Source of the DNA: an uncultured Nitrososphaerales archaeon | GTDB lineage: Archaea; Thermoproteota; Nitrososphaeria; Nitrososphaerales; Nitrososphaeraceae | Length of the DNA: 64,000 nucleotides | Assembly: GCA_963841565.1 (NCBI GenBank) | Contig: CAWJCY010000006.1 | Span: forward strand, 320,001-384,000 | Direction: 5' to 3' | Shown here: positions 42,566 to 53,760 of the stretch, one piece after another | Numbering within the stretch: the stretch's first letter is position 1 | Layout: each line of letters starts with the position of its first letter | The notes under the pieces: generated by a model | The model's input: the letters and a program-made list of their open reading frames with translations, nothing else | Told to the model about the DNA's origin: nothing | Databases searched by the model: none | Translations under genes and position numbers: made by a program

Positions 42566-43650
42566 GGCTCCATTGATTTTAAGGCGTCCATAAGAATGGC
42601 GTTTTCTATGTGTTTTTTAACAGCTACCCGGATATGCTTTAGACCCATTCCTGTAAACGTCCTACAGTCACGTACCAATATTCCGCTATTGTTTAGGAGA
42701 TAATTACGCACTTCAATTGAACTTTGGTCTGAAACGTCTATCAAAAAGAAGTTGACGTCAGATGGCATCGGGGAAAATTTCGTCATCTTTTTTAGTTCGT
42801 TTATCATAAAATTTCTTTCGCGTCGTATCAGCCTTTTGGACTTCTCTAAATAAGATGTGTCCTTTAGAACTAACATTCCTAATTTTTGAGCTACACCATT
42901 TACGCTCCAAGAAATGCTGTTATCGAGCATGAGGTTTATCAAATTAGGATTACACACACAATACCCCAATCTGATGCCCGCTAAACTAAACGATTTTGTC
43001 ATCGATCTCAGTATCACCAGATTTTTGTAGTCTGAAACCATTTCGATCATGCTATTTTCTTTCCCAGATCCTTCTACTAATTCAATAAAACATTCATCTA
43101 TGAAGATCTGAGTATTTGGATCAATATTTTCAATTATTTTTCGCGCCGATATTGTTGATAATATTCCTGTTGGGTTGTTCGGATTACAAAGGAAAACTGC
43201 ATCGCACCCTTCATTTGATTCTTTCAATATTTTCTCAGCATCAGGCTCCCAATTCTTTAAAGGAATAAATTTGATCGTTGCTCCCGATCTTCTTGCCGAA
43301 AGTTCATACTCACAAAAGGTAGGTGCAGAAATTACCACCTTCTTGCGAACGAACGTACGCGTGAAAATGTGGATTAGCTCGGTGGCACCATTACCAATCA
43401 ATAACCATGTTGGATCTAACTCTAATCCTAAGTACTCTAGAATGCTATTCTTCAATTCCTTACAAGAGGGATCAGGATAAGTTGTACATAGGCTACCTAA
43501 TTCTCTACACACATCATTTAACAAATTCTTTGAAATTCCTAAAGGGTTGATGTTGGAGCTAAAATCGAGCTGAACCAATGCAGGATTAACTGAGTAAATT
43601 CCTCCATGAAAACAATCTTGATTCGGGCTATTTTGCATCATCGAATTCAT
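42562..43650 (-). CDS. cobD: L-threonine-O-3-phosphate decarboxylase
   Basis: HGG, DFSSNINPLG, GNGATE, CNPNNPTG, RSMTKSFSLAGIRLGY, ILVRDC. Confidence 0.88.
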   Translation of the reverse strand: MNSMMQNSPNQDCFHGGIYSVNPALVQLDFSSNINPLGISKNLLNDVCRELGSLCTTYPDPSCKELKNSILEYLGLELDPTWLLIGNGATELIHIFTRTFVRKKVVISAPTFCEYELSARRSGATIKFIPLKNWEPDAEKILKESNEGCDAVFLCNPNNPTGILSTISARKIIENIDPNTQIFIDECFIELVEGSGKENSMIEMVSDYKNLVILRSMTKSFSLAGIRLGYCVCNPNLINLMLDNSISWSVNGVAQKLGMLVLKDTSYLEKSKRLIRRERNFMINELKKMTKFSPMPSDVNFFLIDVSDQSSIEVRNYLLNNSGILVRDCRTFTGMGLKHIRVAVKKHIENAILMDALKSMEP

Positions 43651-43777
43651 CCACTAGCTAATTTCCTCCACCATTATAATTTAGATCCTGGAGATTAGGA
43701 GGCATTGGGCATATTTCTCTGAGTACCGATAGCATTTCGTGAAAAGATTATTAGTTGTAGTTTACTAAGCCAACCTG

Positions 43778-44854
43778 ATGTTGAAGGTAGCACTTATCGG
43801 CGCCACTGGAGCGGTAGGCCAAGAGTTTGTACTGGCGTTAAACAGACATCCGTGGTTCGAATTGTCTGCAGTCGTCTCATCTTCAAGATCTGCTGGAAAA
43901 AAGTATGTGGATTCGTTAAGGGATCCCTCTTCGGCAATTTTGAGATGGCATAGCAGAAACGAAATTCCTGAATACGTTCGTGATATGATTGTCACTACTG
44001 TAGATCATATCAGGCCAGAATCGTTCGATCTTGTATTTACTGCGCTGGAATCAGATGATGCTCTCAAAATAGAGCCCAATTTTGCAAAATCTGTACCTGT
44101 CATTAGTACTGCAGCAGCATTCAGATATGAAAGTGATGTGCCCATAATTATACCGGGAATAAATGAAGATCATATTGACCTGTTGAGCGTCCAGAAAAGG
44201 CAACGCAAATGGGAAGGCTTCGTATGTCCATTACCTAACTGCACCACTACAGGACTAGTGATTACACTAAAACCTATCATGGAAAGTGCAGGTCTAAAAA
44301 GCGTGATCATGACATCGATGCAAGCCCTCTCAGGGGCAGGTAGATCACCTGGTGTAGTCGCTTTAGACATTCTGGATAATGTGATACCGTATATTCCCAA
44401 AGAGGAGGAAAAGGTCCAAGTGGAGACGAAGAAAATCCTCGGTAAATTCGATAATGATTCTGTAAGCCCAGCTAATCTTAAAGTTAGCTGTACATGCACT
44501 AGAGTACCCGTATTGGACGGTCACACCGAAGCTGTATTCGTAGAAACAGAGAAACCTCTGGAACCAGATGAGGTGAAGCAACTCATGATAAACTTTTCAG
44601 ATTCAGTTACCGTCCGAAAACTACCTTCCGCCCCCAGAGATTACATCATCGTACACGACGATCCTACTAGACCACAACCTCGCGTCGATCGAGAGATCAA
44701 CGATGGGATGACAACTGTGGTTGGGAGATTAAGAAAGGACTCTGTCTTTGACCATGGCATAAAGTATGTGTTGCTGTCACACAACGAAAAGATGGGATCA
44801 GCGAAAGGAGCTGTTTTGATGGCGGAATTGTTAAAAGATAAAGGGATTCTATAA
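43778..44854 (+). CDS. asd: Aspartate-semialdehyde dehydrogenase (archaeal type)
   Basis: GATGAVG, PNCTT, MQALSGAG, DNVIPYI..EEEK, RVPVLDGH, RPQPR. Confidence 0.92.
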   Translation: MLKVALIGATGAVGQEFVLALNRHPWFELSAVVSSSRSAGKKYVDSLRDPSSAILRWHSRNEIPEYVRDMIVTTVDHIRPESFDLVFTALESDDALKIEPNFAKSVPVISTAAAFRYESDVPIIIPGINEDHIDLLSVQKRQRKWEGFVCPLPNCTTTGLVITLKPIMESAGLKSVIMTSMQALSGAGRSPGVVALDILDNVIPYIPKEEEKVQVETKKILGKFDNDSVSPANLKVSCTCTRVPVLDGHTEAVFVETEKPLEPDEVKQLMINFSDSVTVRKLPSAPRDYIIVHDDPTRPQPRVDREINDGMTTVVGRLRKDSVFDHGIKYVLLSHNEKMGSAKGAVLMAELLKDKGIL

Positions 44855-44944
44855 TCTTATTTATTCTTCTAAAAAACAGCACTATATTTTGAAAATAATA
44901 CATTTATTAACCCCGGTGGATGTAAAGATATCCAAGAGCTATAT

Positions 44945-45409
44945 ATGGGTAGAATAGACGATCTTGACTTAAAAATTCTCAGTGAGCTCTCCAAAGACGC
45001 TAGTATTTCTGTTCCAAAACTTTCCAAATCGATTAATGTTAATTCCTCGGTTGTATATAGCAGGATTAAAAGACTCCTAAAGATGGGTTTCATAAAGAAA
45101 TTCACTATAGTGATTAATGATGAGGCTCTAGGTTTCAACGTTAGAGCTCTCACTGGAATAAATATGGACTCAAAGATGCGAGATAATGTTCTAAATGAAT
45201 TGTTCAGGATTCCAGAAGTGCGAGAGGTTGCAGAAGTGACAGGAAGATTCGACATACTGGTAACAATGAGTTCTAAATCCCTCGACGAGATGCATCAATT
45301 AATATCAGAAAAAGTGGGCAGAATCGAGGGCGTGCAGAAGACAGAAACATTTATTGAAATGCGGAAGACCGTAAGAGAATTGCTCTATTCGCATTCAATA
45401 GCTCAATAG
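44945..45409 (+). CDS. Lrp/AsnC-family transcriptional regulator
   Basis: DDLDLKILSEL..RIKRL..G.IK, EVTGRFDI, GVQKTET. Confidence 0.95.
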   Translation: MGRIDDLDLKILSELSKDASISVPKLSKSINVNSSVVYSRIKRLLKMGFIKKFTIVINDEALGFNVRALTGINMDSKMRDNVLNELFRIPEVREVAEVTGRFDILVTMSSKSLDEMHQLISEKVGRIEGVQKTETFIEMRKTVRELLYSHSIAQ

Positions 45410-45503
45410 CCACTGGAATGGCGATCGGAAATTTAGATGGTAATATACGATATTAATATATTTAGTTAGATCATTACTGTCAACGTTGGAAGGACAATAA
45501 TAG

Positions 45504-46400
45504 ATGGATACCTTGACTACCTCTGCATCCTTTGGCAGAGTTTTCCGAGATTATTACGAGCTCACAAAACCAAAGATATGGTATCTATTAGTCTTTACTG
45601 CCTTTGCCTCCGCTCTAACAGCATCATTCCTCTTCGACATCCCGATTAGCGCGGGGATGTGGCTTCTTTTAATTCTCGGTGTAGCAGCAGGATCCGCGGC
45701 TGCTGACACTTTGACAGGATACAACGATCGCGACATTGATGCAATCATGGACCGAACAAAAGGGCGTCCAATTCCCTCAGGAAGAATATCCCCTAGAAAT
45801 GCCTTTATTTTTGGAATTATCCTAGCAGCAATATCACTTGTTTGTTCGTGGTTTTTGAATATTTACGCATTCGCGCTGATGGCATTTGGTCTATTTGATA
45901 ATATCATTGTGTATAGCAAATGGCTAAAACGAACCAGCCAGGCCAATATAGTTCTTGGCGGGTTCTCCGGAGGAGCACCTGCAATGATAGGATATGTCGC
46001 TGTCACTACACAAAGTATTGAGATTGGTATCATTATGGCTGGATTGGTATTCCTGTGGATCCCAACCCATATTTGGAGCCTTGCACTTCATTCGAGGAAA
46101 GACTATGCGAAGGCCGGGATACCAATGCTACCTGTCGTTCAGAATGAAAAAAAATCTGTTAGAATTATTGCAGTCACTACAATTTTAATGGTTCTTTTCA
46201 GCATTTTTCCTTTTTTTATCAACGAGTTTGGGCTTATTTATGTATTAACTGCTACGATTTTTGGTGCTGCTATGTTAGCTTTATCGCTATGGTTACTAAT
46301 AAGACCCAGTGAGAAGGCTGCATGGACCGTTTTTAAATTCTCTAGTCCCTACCTAACCGCAATCTTCATAGCTTTTATGGTTGACGCATTTTTTCACTAG
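45504..46400 (+). CDS. cyoE: Protoheme IX farnesyltransferase (heme O synthase)
   Basis: ELTKP, DRDIDAIMDRTKGRPIPSG, LKR, WIPTHIWSL, DYAKAGIPMLP. Confidence 0.95.
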   Translation: MDTLTTSASFGRVFRDYYELTKPKIWYLLVFTAFASALTASFLFDIPISAGMWLLLILGVAAGSAAADTLTGYNDRDIDAIMDRTKGRPIPSGRISPRNAFIFGIILAAISLVCSWFLNIYAFALMAFGLFDNIIVYSKWLKRTSQANIVLGGFSGGAPAMIGYVAVTTQSIEIGIIMAGLVFLWIPTHIWSLALHSRKDYAKAGIPMLPVVQNEKKSVRIIAVTTILMVLFSIFPFFINEFGLIYVLTATIFGAAMLALSLWLLIRPSEKAAWTVFKFSSPYLTAIFIAFMVDAFFH

Positions 46401-46414
46401 AATGTTGTGACGTG

Positions 46415-47128
46415 CTACTGTTTGCACAAGATCTTTTCACATTCATAAACTAATCGCGCTACAACAACGTGTGCCTCCAGTCCCATATTCGATATGCTGT
46501 ACAGGCTATCAAATTTCTCAGTAGTTGTTTTTGAAAAGTGCCCTCTAGGGAAACCACCCACTACGAATGCGCACGACGGCAATGTGTTTAAGGAGAAAGT
46601 GTCAGTGACAACCCTTTCCAAGGTCGAAGGAGCTCCAATCGAGGAGAAGCCAATCACTTGCCTTGGTCTTATTGTTTGCTCCACCAATTGGTTAAAGGTT
46701 ACTCCTTCGTTCAATTCCAACATTACTTTGGTCCCTTCTCTGTTCTTTATCCTCTTATTCTTAAAGAGGTCTGCCATTAATCCCTCAAATCTAAAATATG
46801 ATTTGGGAAACCGTATCCCTTCTCCTATGATAATGCTGTTGCTATCTATTGTTGAAATGTATACTCGGACCTTATTATTTACATAAAGTGGAGATGACAT
46901 AACGGCCGCCAATGAGAGATGCACAATGTCGGGCCTGCCATGTTTTGTTAAGGAAGGGTCAGTTTTCATTGCAGCATGGTGATAACTCCTATCAAGAAAT
47001 GTTTCTCCAGGATTCCTCCCTAGTCTTGCGGCATGAGCTCTCACTGCTTGATGATTTCTCAGATTTTGGGGAACCAGTTCCAATGCAGCTTCTGCGATAA
47101 CTATGGAGCATCCATATTCCTGCTTCAT
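46415..47128 (-). CDS. nep1: 16S rRNA pseudouridine methyltransferase Nep1/Emg1
   Basis: AEAALELVP, LDRSYH, GRPDIVH, PKSYFRFEGLM, VGGFPRGHF. Confidence 0.93.
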   Translation of the reverse strand: MKQEYGCSIVIAEAALELVPQNLRNHQAVRAHAARLGRNPGETFLDRSYHHAAMKTDPSLTKHGRPDIVHLSLAAVMSSPLYVNNKVRVYISTIDSNSIIIGEGIRFPKSYFRFEGLMADLFKNKRIKNREGTKVMLELNEGVTFNQLVEQTIRPRQVIGFSSIGAPSTLERVVTDTFSLNTLPSCAFVVGGFPRGHFSKTTTEKFDSLYSISNMGLEAHVVVARLVYECEKILCKQ

Positions 47129-47356
47129 GCAGTCAGACAGAAATGTAGTTCAAGGTGTCTATAAAATAAATCTATGTACTCTGTCGTGATAGTTGTCCAT
47201 TTTTATTGTTGGTAACAATTTTCAATGCAGAAAAAAATTTTCAACTGGAAGAAGCCAATTTCTAACTGCCAGCGAACCTTAGGGCGTAATAAATCAGCAT
47301 AATGGTTTATCTAGACCGATTTAGGATATATCACAATATCATCCAAAAGACGTAAC

Positions 47357-47644
47357 TTGGAAACGGCTAAGGAACGAATAGACATTTTAATTGATGCTGC
47401 ATTATATTATTCAAAGATAGATGACAGGCTATCAGATGATCAAGCCCGTCTGGCGAAAAAGATTGCAATGAGGGTTCGTACCAGACTTTCCTACAACATC
47501 AAACAACTTTTTTGTAAGCAATGCAAGCAATTGATCATCCCAGGAAAGAGTTCAAGAATTAGACTTGGGCGATCAAATACGAAATGTATCAGAATAACTT
47601 GCTATCGTTGCGGCCACATTTATCGGAAAGTTCTCTCTTCTTAA
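47357..47644 (+). CDS. rnp4: Ribonuclease P protein component 4 (Rpp21)
   Basis: AKERIDIL, FCKQC..LIIPG, TCYRCGHIYR. Confidence 0.92.
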   Translation: METAKERIDILIDAALYYSKIDDRLSDDQARLAKKIAMRVRTRLSYNIKQLFCKQCKQLIIPGKSSRIRLGRSNTKCIRITCYRCGHIYRKVLSS

Positions 47645-47849
47645 ATTCTCGAACCAATTCATTTTGCTTTCTTGTAAGAGTTGAAATGGAGCAATCAGTG
47701 GAACCGGGCCCTTTAGAATAAACCAAAACAAATATTCGATTTGGGATATAGCCAGTCGTACTCGGCGCTCAATGAAGACTTGAATCTAGAATTGAATAAA
47801 GTCGATAATAATTTATAAGGAGTTAGAAGAGGCTAATACAGAGTGTATA

Positions 47850-48299
47850 ATGGCAAAGGTGTATGATATCCCTGCTACAGACCTTATTGTAAAATTGGCT
47901 GAACGATTAAAGAAGGATAAAAAGATTGAGCCGCCAGCTTGGACGGTATATGTGAAAACAGGCTCTCATGTGGAAAAGATTCCCCAGAACAGAGACTGGT
48001 GGTATATTAGATGCGCTTCACTTGTAAGAAAGGTGTACCTGCACGGCCCAATTGGCACATCTGACCTAAGAAGTATGTATGGTGGAAGGAAAAGAATTGG
48101 GTACAACCTCGACCATCATCGTGATGCCGGTGGTTCGATTGTTCGAAAGGCGTTGCAACAACTAGAATCAGCTGGTTATCTGACAAAGAAGAAGCAAGGA
48201 AGACTAATGAGTGATGAAGGGATGAAGAAGATCGATAGACTTGCAACAGAGATCTTTAAGGAGATTCATACAATACCCAACTTGCAAAGATATGCCTGA
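47850..48299 (+). CDS. rps19e: 30S ribosomal protein S19e
   Basis: VYDIPA, PAW..VKTG, WWYIRCAS, YGGRK, RKALQQLE. Confidence 0.98.
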   Translation: MAKVYDIPATDLIVKLAERLKKDKKIEPPAWTVYVKTGSHVEKIPQNRDWWYIRCASLVRKVYLHGPIGTSDLRSMYGGRKRIGYNLDHHRDAGGSIVRKALQQLESAGYLTKKKQGRLMSDEGMKKIDRLATEIFKEIHTIPNLQRYA

Positions 48300-48317
48300 T
48301 GGAAAAGGGAAAGTAGG

Positions 48318-48608
48318 ATGTCTGTAAATCAACCTTCTCCAGATCCAAATGAAGAAGAATTAAAGAAACGTGAAGCTGAAACTGCAATGCGACAGCGCGC
48401 ACTGACATTCTTATTGGATCAAACTGCGAGACAAAGGCTTACCAACGTAAGAATGGTTAAACCTGAGCTAGCTACAGCGGTAGAGAATTATCTTATAAGC
48501 TCAGCTTCATCAGGGAGGTTGAATAGGGCGCTAACCGACGAAGAACTTAAGCAAATACTGTTAAATATACAACAGCCAAAAAAGGAATTTAGAATCAATA
48601 GGGTTTAG
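48318..48608 (+). CDS. PDCD5/TFAR19-like DNA-binding protein
   Basis: ARQRLTNVRMVKPELA..VENYLI..DEELKQIL; usual neighbour of rps19e. Confidence 0.92.
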   Translation: MSVNQPSPDPNEEELKKREAETAMRQRALTFLLDQTARQRLTNVRMVKPELATAVENYLISSASSGRLNRALTDEELKQILLNIQQPKKEFRINRV

Positions 48609-48736
48609 GTTAGCCATCTACTGAAGACAGTGTGAGGCGCTGAGTCGACGATAACTACAGATGGAATGTTTTTCACCCTCTCTAAATCGATTCCTTTGAG
48701 TTAACTATATTAAGTCTAGCGAGGGTTCTCAACTTC

Positions 48737-49787
48737 ATGAAAGCGAGCCATTTTCAGAGAATATAGCAAGGATCCTACGACGAATGTCAAGATCGAAGAT
48801 GCAGATATGCCAAAACTAGGCCAGAACGAGATCATGATAAAAGTGGAAGCGGCGGCATATAATTACAATGATCTTTGGGCAATTTGGGGGGATCCCATTA
48901 AGGTACCTCTGCCTCATATTTCCGGAAGTGATTCAGCGGGTCATGTAGCTGAAGTTGGTGAAAACGTTACTAAGATTAAGGTTGGAGATCGTGTGGTTTC
49001 ACATTCCAATATGAGCTGTAGGGTGTGTAATTTTTGCACCTCAGGCCGTGAATATGATTGTGCTGAAAGAACAATTTGGGGATTTCAGACTGGTCCTTTA
49101 TGGGGAGGGTTTGCACAATACACCCATTTACCAGAAGTTAACGTAGCAAAGCTACCTGATAACGTGTCATTCAATGACGCAGCAGCGATTTCCATGGTAG
49201 GGATGACTGCATGGCACATGCTAGTCGGAAGGGCCAAGATAACTCCTGGTCAAACAGTGCTGATTATGGGCGGCACTAGTGGAGTGGGAATGTCAGGAAT
49301 TCAAATTTCAAAATTGTATAACTGTGATGTCATCGCTACGGCAGGAAATAAAGAGAAAATGGACAAATGCCTTGAATTGGGTGCAGATCATGTCGTTAAC
49401 CATAGGGAGCCTGATTGGCACAAAAAGGTCAGGGAAATCACAAACAAACAGGGTGTTGATGTAGTGTTTGAACATATTGGGAAAGCTACTTTTGCACAAG
49501 AAGTATCTCTTCTTAAGATGGGCGGAACGTTAGTTGCAACTGGAGCAACGACCGGATATGATTCTTCGATCGACCTTCGGTATCTTTTCTTTAGAGGAAC
49601 TAATTTACTGGGTTCAACACAAGGAACCAAGGCAGACCTGGAAGAAGTAATACATTGGACAGATAAAGGCAAGATTAAACCATTAATCAGCACAGTTTTA
49701 CCATTTAGCGAAATGGTTCAAGGTCATGTCATGATGGCAAAGGCCGAACAAATAGGAAAGATATTGACAACGCCACACAAGCTCTAG
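48737..49787 (+). CDS. Zinc-binding medium-chain dehydrogenase/reductase (1-nt insertion at about 48745)
   Basis: Removing one G gives MKAAIFREY..; GSDSAG.V.EVG, C..C..C..C structural Zn site, GGTSGVG. Confidence 0.9.
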
Positions 49788-49802
49788 GCTTAACAGTAGT
49801 GA

Positions 49803-50666
49803 ATGTTCAGAACGTTATTGTTTATTCCAGGGAACAATAAGAGGTTCATCGAGAAAGCCAGGTCCCTGAACGCTGACATAATCTGCTTTGATTTGGAAGA
49901 TTCTGTGCCACTAAATGAAAAGCAAACTGCTAGGGATTTTGTGTCAGAAGCACTGGGCAAGAAGGAGGATTATGATAACAGAAACGTGTACGTTCGAATT
50001 AATTCGTACGAATCAGGTATCGCGATCCAGGACCTCGATGCCATAGTAAGTGATGAAATAGATGGGGTTGTGGTTCCTAAAGTTAACAATGAAAATGAAG
50101 TTAGCCACCTGGTTCGGAGATTAATCGAATTGGAGCGTCAGAATGCAATGAGCAAGAAAATGGGAATTATGGCGTCAATAGAGTCTGCTCAGGGACTAGT
50201 CAATTCGTATTCAATTGCAACTGCTGATTTACGGGTGAAAATGTTGGTATTTGGAGTGTTTGACTTTCTTAATGACATGGGACTAGATTATGTTCAAGAT
50301 GGAATTGAATATTCTTTTGCACGTGCAAAGATCCCAATCGACGCCAGGGCCGCCGGAATTGGCGCAATTGATGCGATCTGGCAAGAAGTTGGGGATATAG
50401 AAGGACTGGTGCGTGATGCAAGAACTGCCAAGCGATTAGGCTATCAGGGCAAATGCGTAATTCATCCTAACCAATTGGAACCAGTAGCTAATGTCTTTTT
50501 TCCAAGTAATAATGAAATTGAATGGGCTAGGAAGGTTGTACATGCCTTGGAAGAAACAATGGAAAAGGGCAAAGGTATTGGCGCAGTAACTGTGGACGGA
50601 AAGATGGTCGATGCCGCTCACTATCGACAAGCTAAATCTGTATTGGATTCCTTGAATTTCAAGTGA
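49803..50666 (+). CDS. CitE/malyl-CoA lyase-like HpcH/HpaI aldolase family protein
   Basis: RTLLFIPG, DLEDSV, VRIN, PKV, IESAQG, LGYQGKCVIHPNQ, GKMVD. Confidence 0.92.
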   Translation: MFRTLLFIPGNNKRFIEKARSLNADIICFDLEDSVPLNEKQTARDFVSEALGKKEDYDNRNVYVRINSYESGIAIQDLDAIVSDEIDGVVVPKVNNENEVSHLVRRLIELERQNAMSKKMGIMASIESAQGLVNSYSIATADLRVKMLVFGVFDFLNDMGLDYVQDGIEYSFARAKIPIDARAAGIGAIDAIWQEVGDIEGLVRDARTAKRLGYQGKCVIHPNQLEPVANVFFPSNNEIEWARKVVHALEETMEKGKGIGAVTVDGKMVDAAHYRQAKSVLDSLNFK

Positions 50667-50804
50667 CACGTATTCACATCATTCTATCCTCTGATCCCAT
50701 CTGAACTTAAGAGGAGGTCATCTTTTGTGATGCAGATTAGCAATGTTTCAAGATTAAAATAGTCACGAAATATAAGATCGAGACACTTTGTTATAAGATA
50801 CTTT

Positions 50805-50852
50805 AACACCACAACACCACAACACCACAACACCACAACACCACAACACCAC
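50805..50852. repeat. Perfect intergenic tandem repeat (AACACCAC)6
   Basis: Six identical 8-bp units, no spacers. Confidence 0.95.
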
Positions 50853-51074
50853 AAACCCTATCGCACTTCATATGTCGGGTGAAATTCATGAATAATTATT
50901 CCTTCTAGAACCCATTTTCAAGGGATCGTAATGCCTTGTCTGGGCGCTACCCACCTCCTATTTAAATTAGATTCTAGTGACACATCTCATAAAAAATATA
51001 CACCTGAACAGTTAGTAAATTTAATATATCCCAACCCATGCCTTTATTGAGTATATTTTAGGTGAATAGAGGAT

Positions 51075-52727
51075 ATGTCAATTCAACAAGGTTCAGCTGG
51101 TGGAATGCCAGTCTTAATATTGAAAGAAGGCGCTAGTCAGACTAAGGGTCGTGACGCTCAGAAGAATAACATAACTGCAGCAAAGCTTATAGCGGAAGTA
51201 GTCCGCTCAAGTTTAGGTCCACGAGGCATGGACAAGATGCTCGTAGATTCACTTGGTGATGTGACTATCACAAATGATGGAGCTACAATTCTTAAAGAAA
51301 TCGATGTCCAGCATCCCGCCGCAAAGATGATGGTAGAAGTCGCAAAGTCAGTTGATAATGAGGTGGGCGATGGTACTACATCCGCGGTCGTGCTTGCGGG
51401 AGCACTGATCGAGAAGGCAGAGGAGCTAATTGGAAAGGATGTTCATCCAACCATCATAGTAGACGGTTATAGAAGAAGTGCAATTAAGGCGATTGAAATA
51501 CTCAACAGTATCGCGATAAAAGTCCATGGCAATGATAAAGATCAACTTACAAAAATCGCCAAGACTTCGATGCAAACAAAATTAGTTTCCAAAGATTCAG
51601 ATCAGTTGGCAGAACTGATCGTTACTGCTTCTCTTCAAATTGCTGACAAATCAACGGGTGGATATAGAGTAGACTTGGATGATGTCAAAGTTGAGAAGAA
51701 GGCTGGCGGTTCATTGAGAGATACTAAATTGATAAAGGGCATAGTGCTCGATAAGGAAGTTGTGCACGGAGGAATGCCAAAACGAATCGAGAAAGCAAAG
51801 ATCGCTCTGATCAATTCGGCCCTTGAAATAGAGAAAACAGAGTTTGATGCAAAGATCAACATTAGCTCCCCTGATCAGATGAAGATGTTCCTTGAAGAGG
51901 AAAATAAGATGTTGAAAAACATGGTGGATAAAATCATTGCTGCAGGTGCCAACGTTGTCGTATGTCAAAAGGGTATTGATGACATTGCACAGCATTATCT
52001 GGCACGGGCCAATGTCTTGGCAGTTCGAAGGGTCAAAGAAAGTGATATGACAAAGCTCGCAAAAGCAACGGGAGCGAGAATTATAAGCAACCTTGAAGAT
52101 CTTTCGAGTAGGGATCTCGGCTCTGCAGATTTAGTAGAAGAGCGAAAAGTGGAAACAGACAAGTGGGTCTTTGTAGAAGGATGCAAAAATCCAAAAGCAG
52201 TTACAATACTTATACGAGGAGGCTCTCAAAGAGTTGTAGATGAAGCTGAGAGATCGTTACATGATGCATTAAGTGTCACAAAGGATGTTTTGGAGAAGCC
52301 AGCAATAGTTGCAGGAGGAGGAGCACCAGAGGCGTACGTAGCTGGAAAATTGCGCGATTGGGTAGGCACCCTTTCTGGCAGAGAACAGCTTGCTGCGGAG
52401 AAGTTTGCAGAATCATTGGAGGTTATCCCTCTTACCTTAGGTCAGAATGCCGGCATGGATCCAATTGATATTATGACTGATTTGAGGGCTAGACAATCGA
52501 AGGGTTCAAAGTGGAGCGGAATTGATGTCAGAAACGCAAGAATTGCAGATATTTCCAAGCTAGAGATCGTCGAACCTGTAGTTGTAAAGGAACAAATAAT
52601 CAAGTCAGCTACTGAAGCTGCATCGATGATCTTACGTATAGATGATGTTATTGCGGCTAGTAAATCGGGAGGTCCTCCTGGTGGAGGCATGCCTCCAGGT
52701 GGAATGGGCGGCATGGGTGAGATGTGA
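51075..52727 (+). CDS. ths: Thermosome (group II chaperonin) subunit, second paralogue
   Basis: [23 protein letters not shown]; TAGGTGAATA SD-like sequence shared with the other paralogue. Confidence 0.98.
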   Translation: MSIQQGSAGGMPVLILKEGASQTKGRDAQKNNITAAKLIAEVVRSSLGPRGMDKMLVDSLGDVTITNDGATILKEIDVQHPAAKMMVEVAKSVDNEVGDGTTSAVVLAGALIEKAEELIGKDVHPTIIVDGYRRSAIKAIEILNSIAIKVHGNDKDQLTKIAKTSMQTKLVSKDSDQLAELIVTASLQIADKSTGGYRVDLDDVKVEKKAGGSLRDTKLIKGIVLDKEVVHGGMPKRIEKAKIALINSALEIEKTEFDAKINISSPDQMKMFLEEENKMLKNMVDKIIAAGANVVVCQKGIDDIAQHYLARANVLAVRRVKESDMTKLAKATGARIISNLEDLSSRDLGSADLVEERKVETDKWVFVEGCKNPKAVTILIRGGSQRVVDEAERSLHDALSVTKDVLEKPAIVAGGGAPEAYVAGKLRDWVGTLSGREQLAAEKFAESLEVIPLTLGQNAGMDPIDIMTDLRARQSKGSKWSGIDVRNARIADISKLEIVEPVVVKEQIIKSATEAASMILRIDDVIAASKSGGPPGGGMPPGGMGGMGEM

Positions 52728-52830
52728 TCACATCTCGCTCAGAACTTCGACCTCTACAAGAAGTTTTCTAATTCCTTAGTGTTTTGTTTTTCCCTCAGCT
52801 TGGTTTTGTATTGCATTCGCTACAGAGGAT

Positions 52831-53055
52831 CTACTGTATTTGCAATTCTTTCTCGATTATGTCTCTTATAGAAGAACCAGTTTCTTGCAGCTCAAGTAAT
52901 TTTCTTAGATAATCTTCCCAAGAAATTTCTCCTAATGCGCTCTTCCAAAATTCATACCCTGAAGCTAATTTGTCAAACGATTTACTATGGTACTCGCAAT
53001 ACTTGCCAGAGGTTGTTCGAGAACAAACCAAACAAAATGCAGTGGGAGAAGCCAT
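52831..53055 (-). CDS. Small hypothetical protein with CxxC..CxxH
   Basis: CLVC..YCEYH. Confidence 0.7.
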   Translation of the reverse strand: MASPTAFCLVCSRTTSGKYCEYHSKSFDKLASGYEFWKSALGEISWEDYLRKLLELQETGSSIRDIIEKELQIQ

Positions 53056-53122
53056 ATTCTAGTACTTATTTAGACTCATGGTGATAAAAAAACAGAAGTT
53101 GGATACTGGTGATATTACGGTG

Positions 53123-53686
53123 TCATTCAATCACTTGGCCTAGTGTGAGTGGAACTCTTAAGGGCTCCGATATGGGAGATTCTTTTGTTGGATCGGTAAC
53201 TGTAACTACAGCTGTAACGTTCTTTAATGTATCGTTATTGAAAGTGGTTGCAAGTTGAATTGTACCCGTCTCATTTGCAGTTATTGGTGAAGGAAAAGAA
53301 GATGTTCTGATTAGGGTTTCGTTTGGAGCATATACCTCCATTATAGCATTTATTGGTTTGTTGATTACCTCTGAATTTGATACATTATAGTCTACAAAAA
53401 GCTTCACTTGATTCCCAGGATCGACCGTCAAGGGTATGTAGTGAGCAGCCGCAAGTTTCAGAGAGACGCTGTTAGTATCAAGACCTGTTGTTAGATTGGT
53501 AGTCAAATCTGTAGTTTGCTGTTGAGCAGGCTGGTTCGGAGTGGATTGGTTTTGTTGTTGAATTTCAATTTCAGGGAGATCGGTACCAGGTAATATTGTC
53601 ACTTGAGCGTAGGCGGGGGAAGAAACTAACAGTATTGTAATCAAGGGAAGAAAGACCGTCAACAGTCTTGTTACAGTCGAGGACAT
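53123..53686 (-). CDS. Secreted hypothetical protein
   Basis: Signal peptide ending AYA-Q; Gln/Thr-rich linker; beta-rich C-terminus. Confidence 0.75.
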   Translation of the reverse strand: MSSTVTRLLTVFLPLITILLVSSPAYAQVTILPGTDLPEIEIQQQNQSTPNQPAQQQTTDLTTNLTTGLDTNSVSLKLAAAHYIPLTVDPGNQVKLFVDYNVSNSEVINKPINAIMEVYAPNETLIRTSSFPSPITANETGTIQLATTFNNDTLKNVTAVVTVTDPTKESPISEPLRVPLTLGQVIE

Positions 53687-53760
53687 GGATTGAATCTGAT
53701 ATCAATCAGATATATATTCTATATTCAACTTTTTTTGATGGATTTGTCATTGTTAAGAAA

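Noticed and set aside
43778-44854. Malonyl-CoA/succinyl-CoA reductase (Asd paralogue of Sulfolobales)
   Set aside because: Active-site PNCTT and overall motifs fit ordinary archaeal Asd; no carbon-fixation genes adjacent; cannot be fully excluded without phylogeny
50805-50852. CRISPR array
   Set aside because: 8-bp units with no spacers and no cas genes in the window
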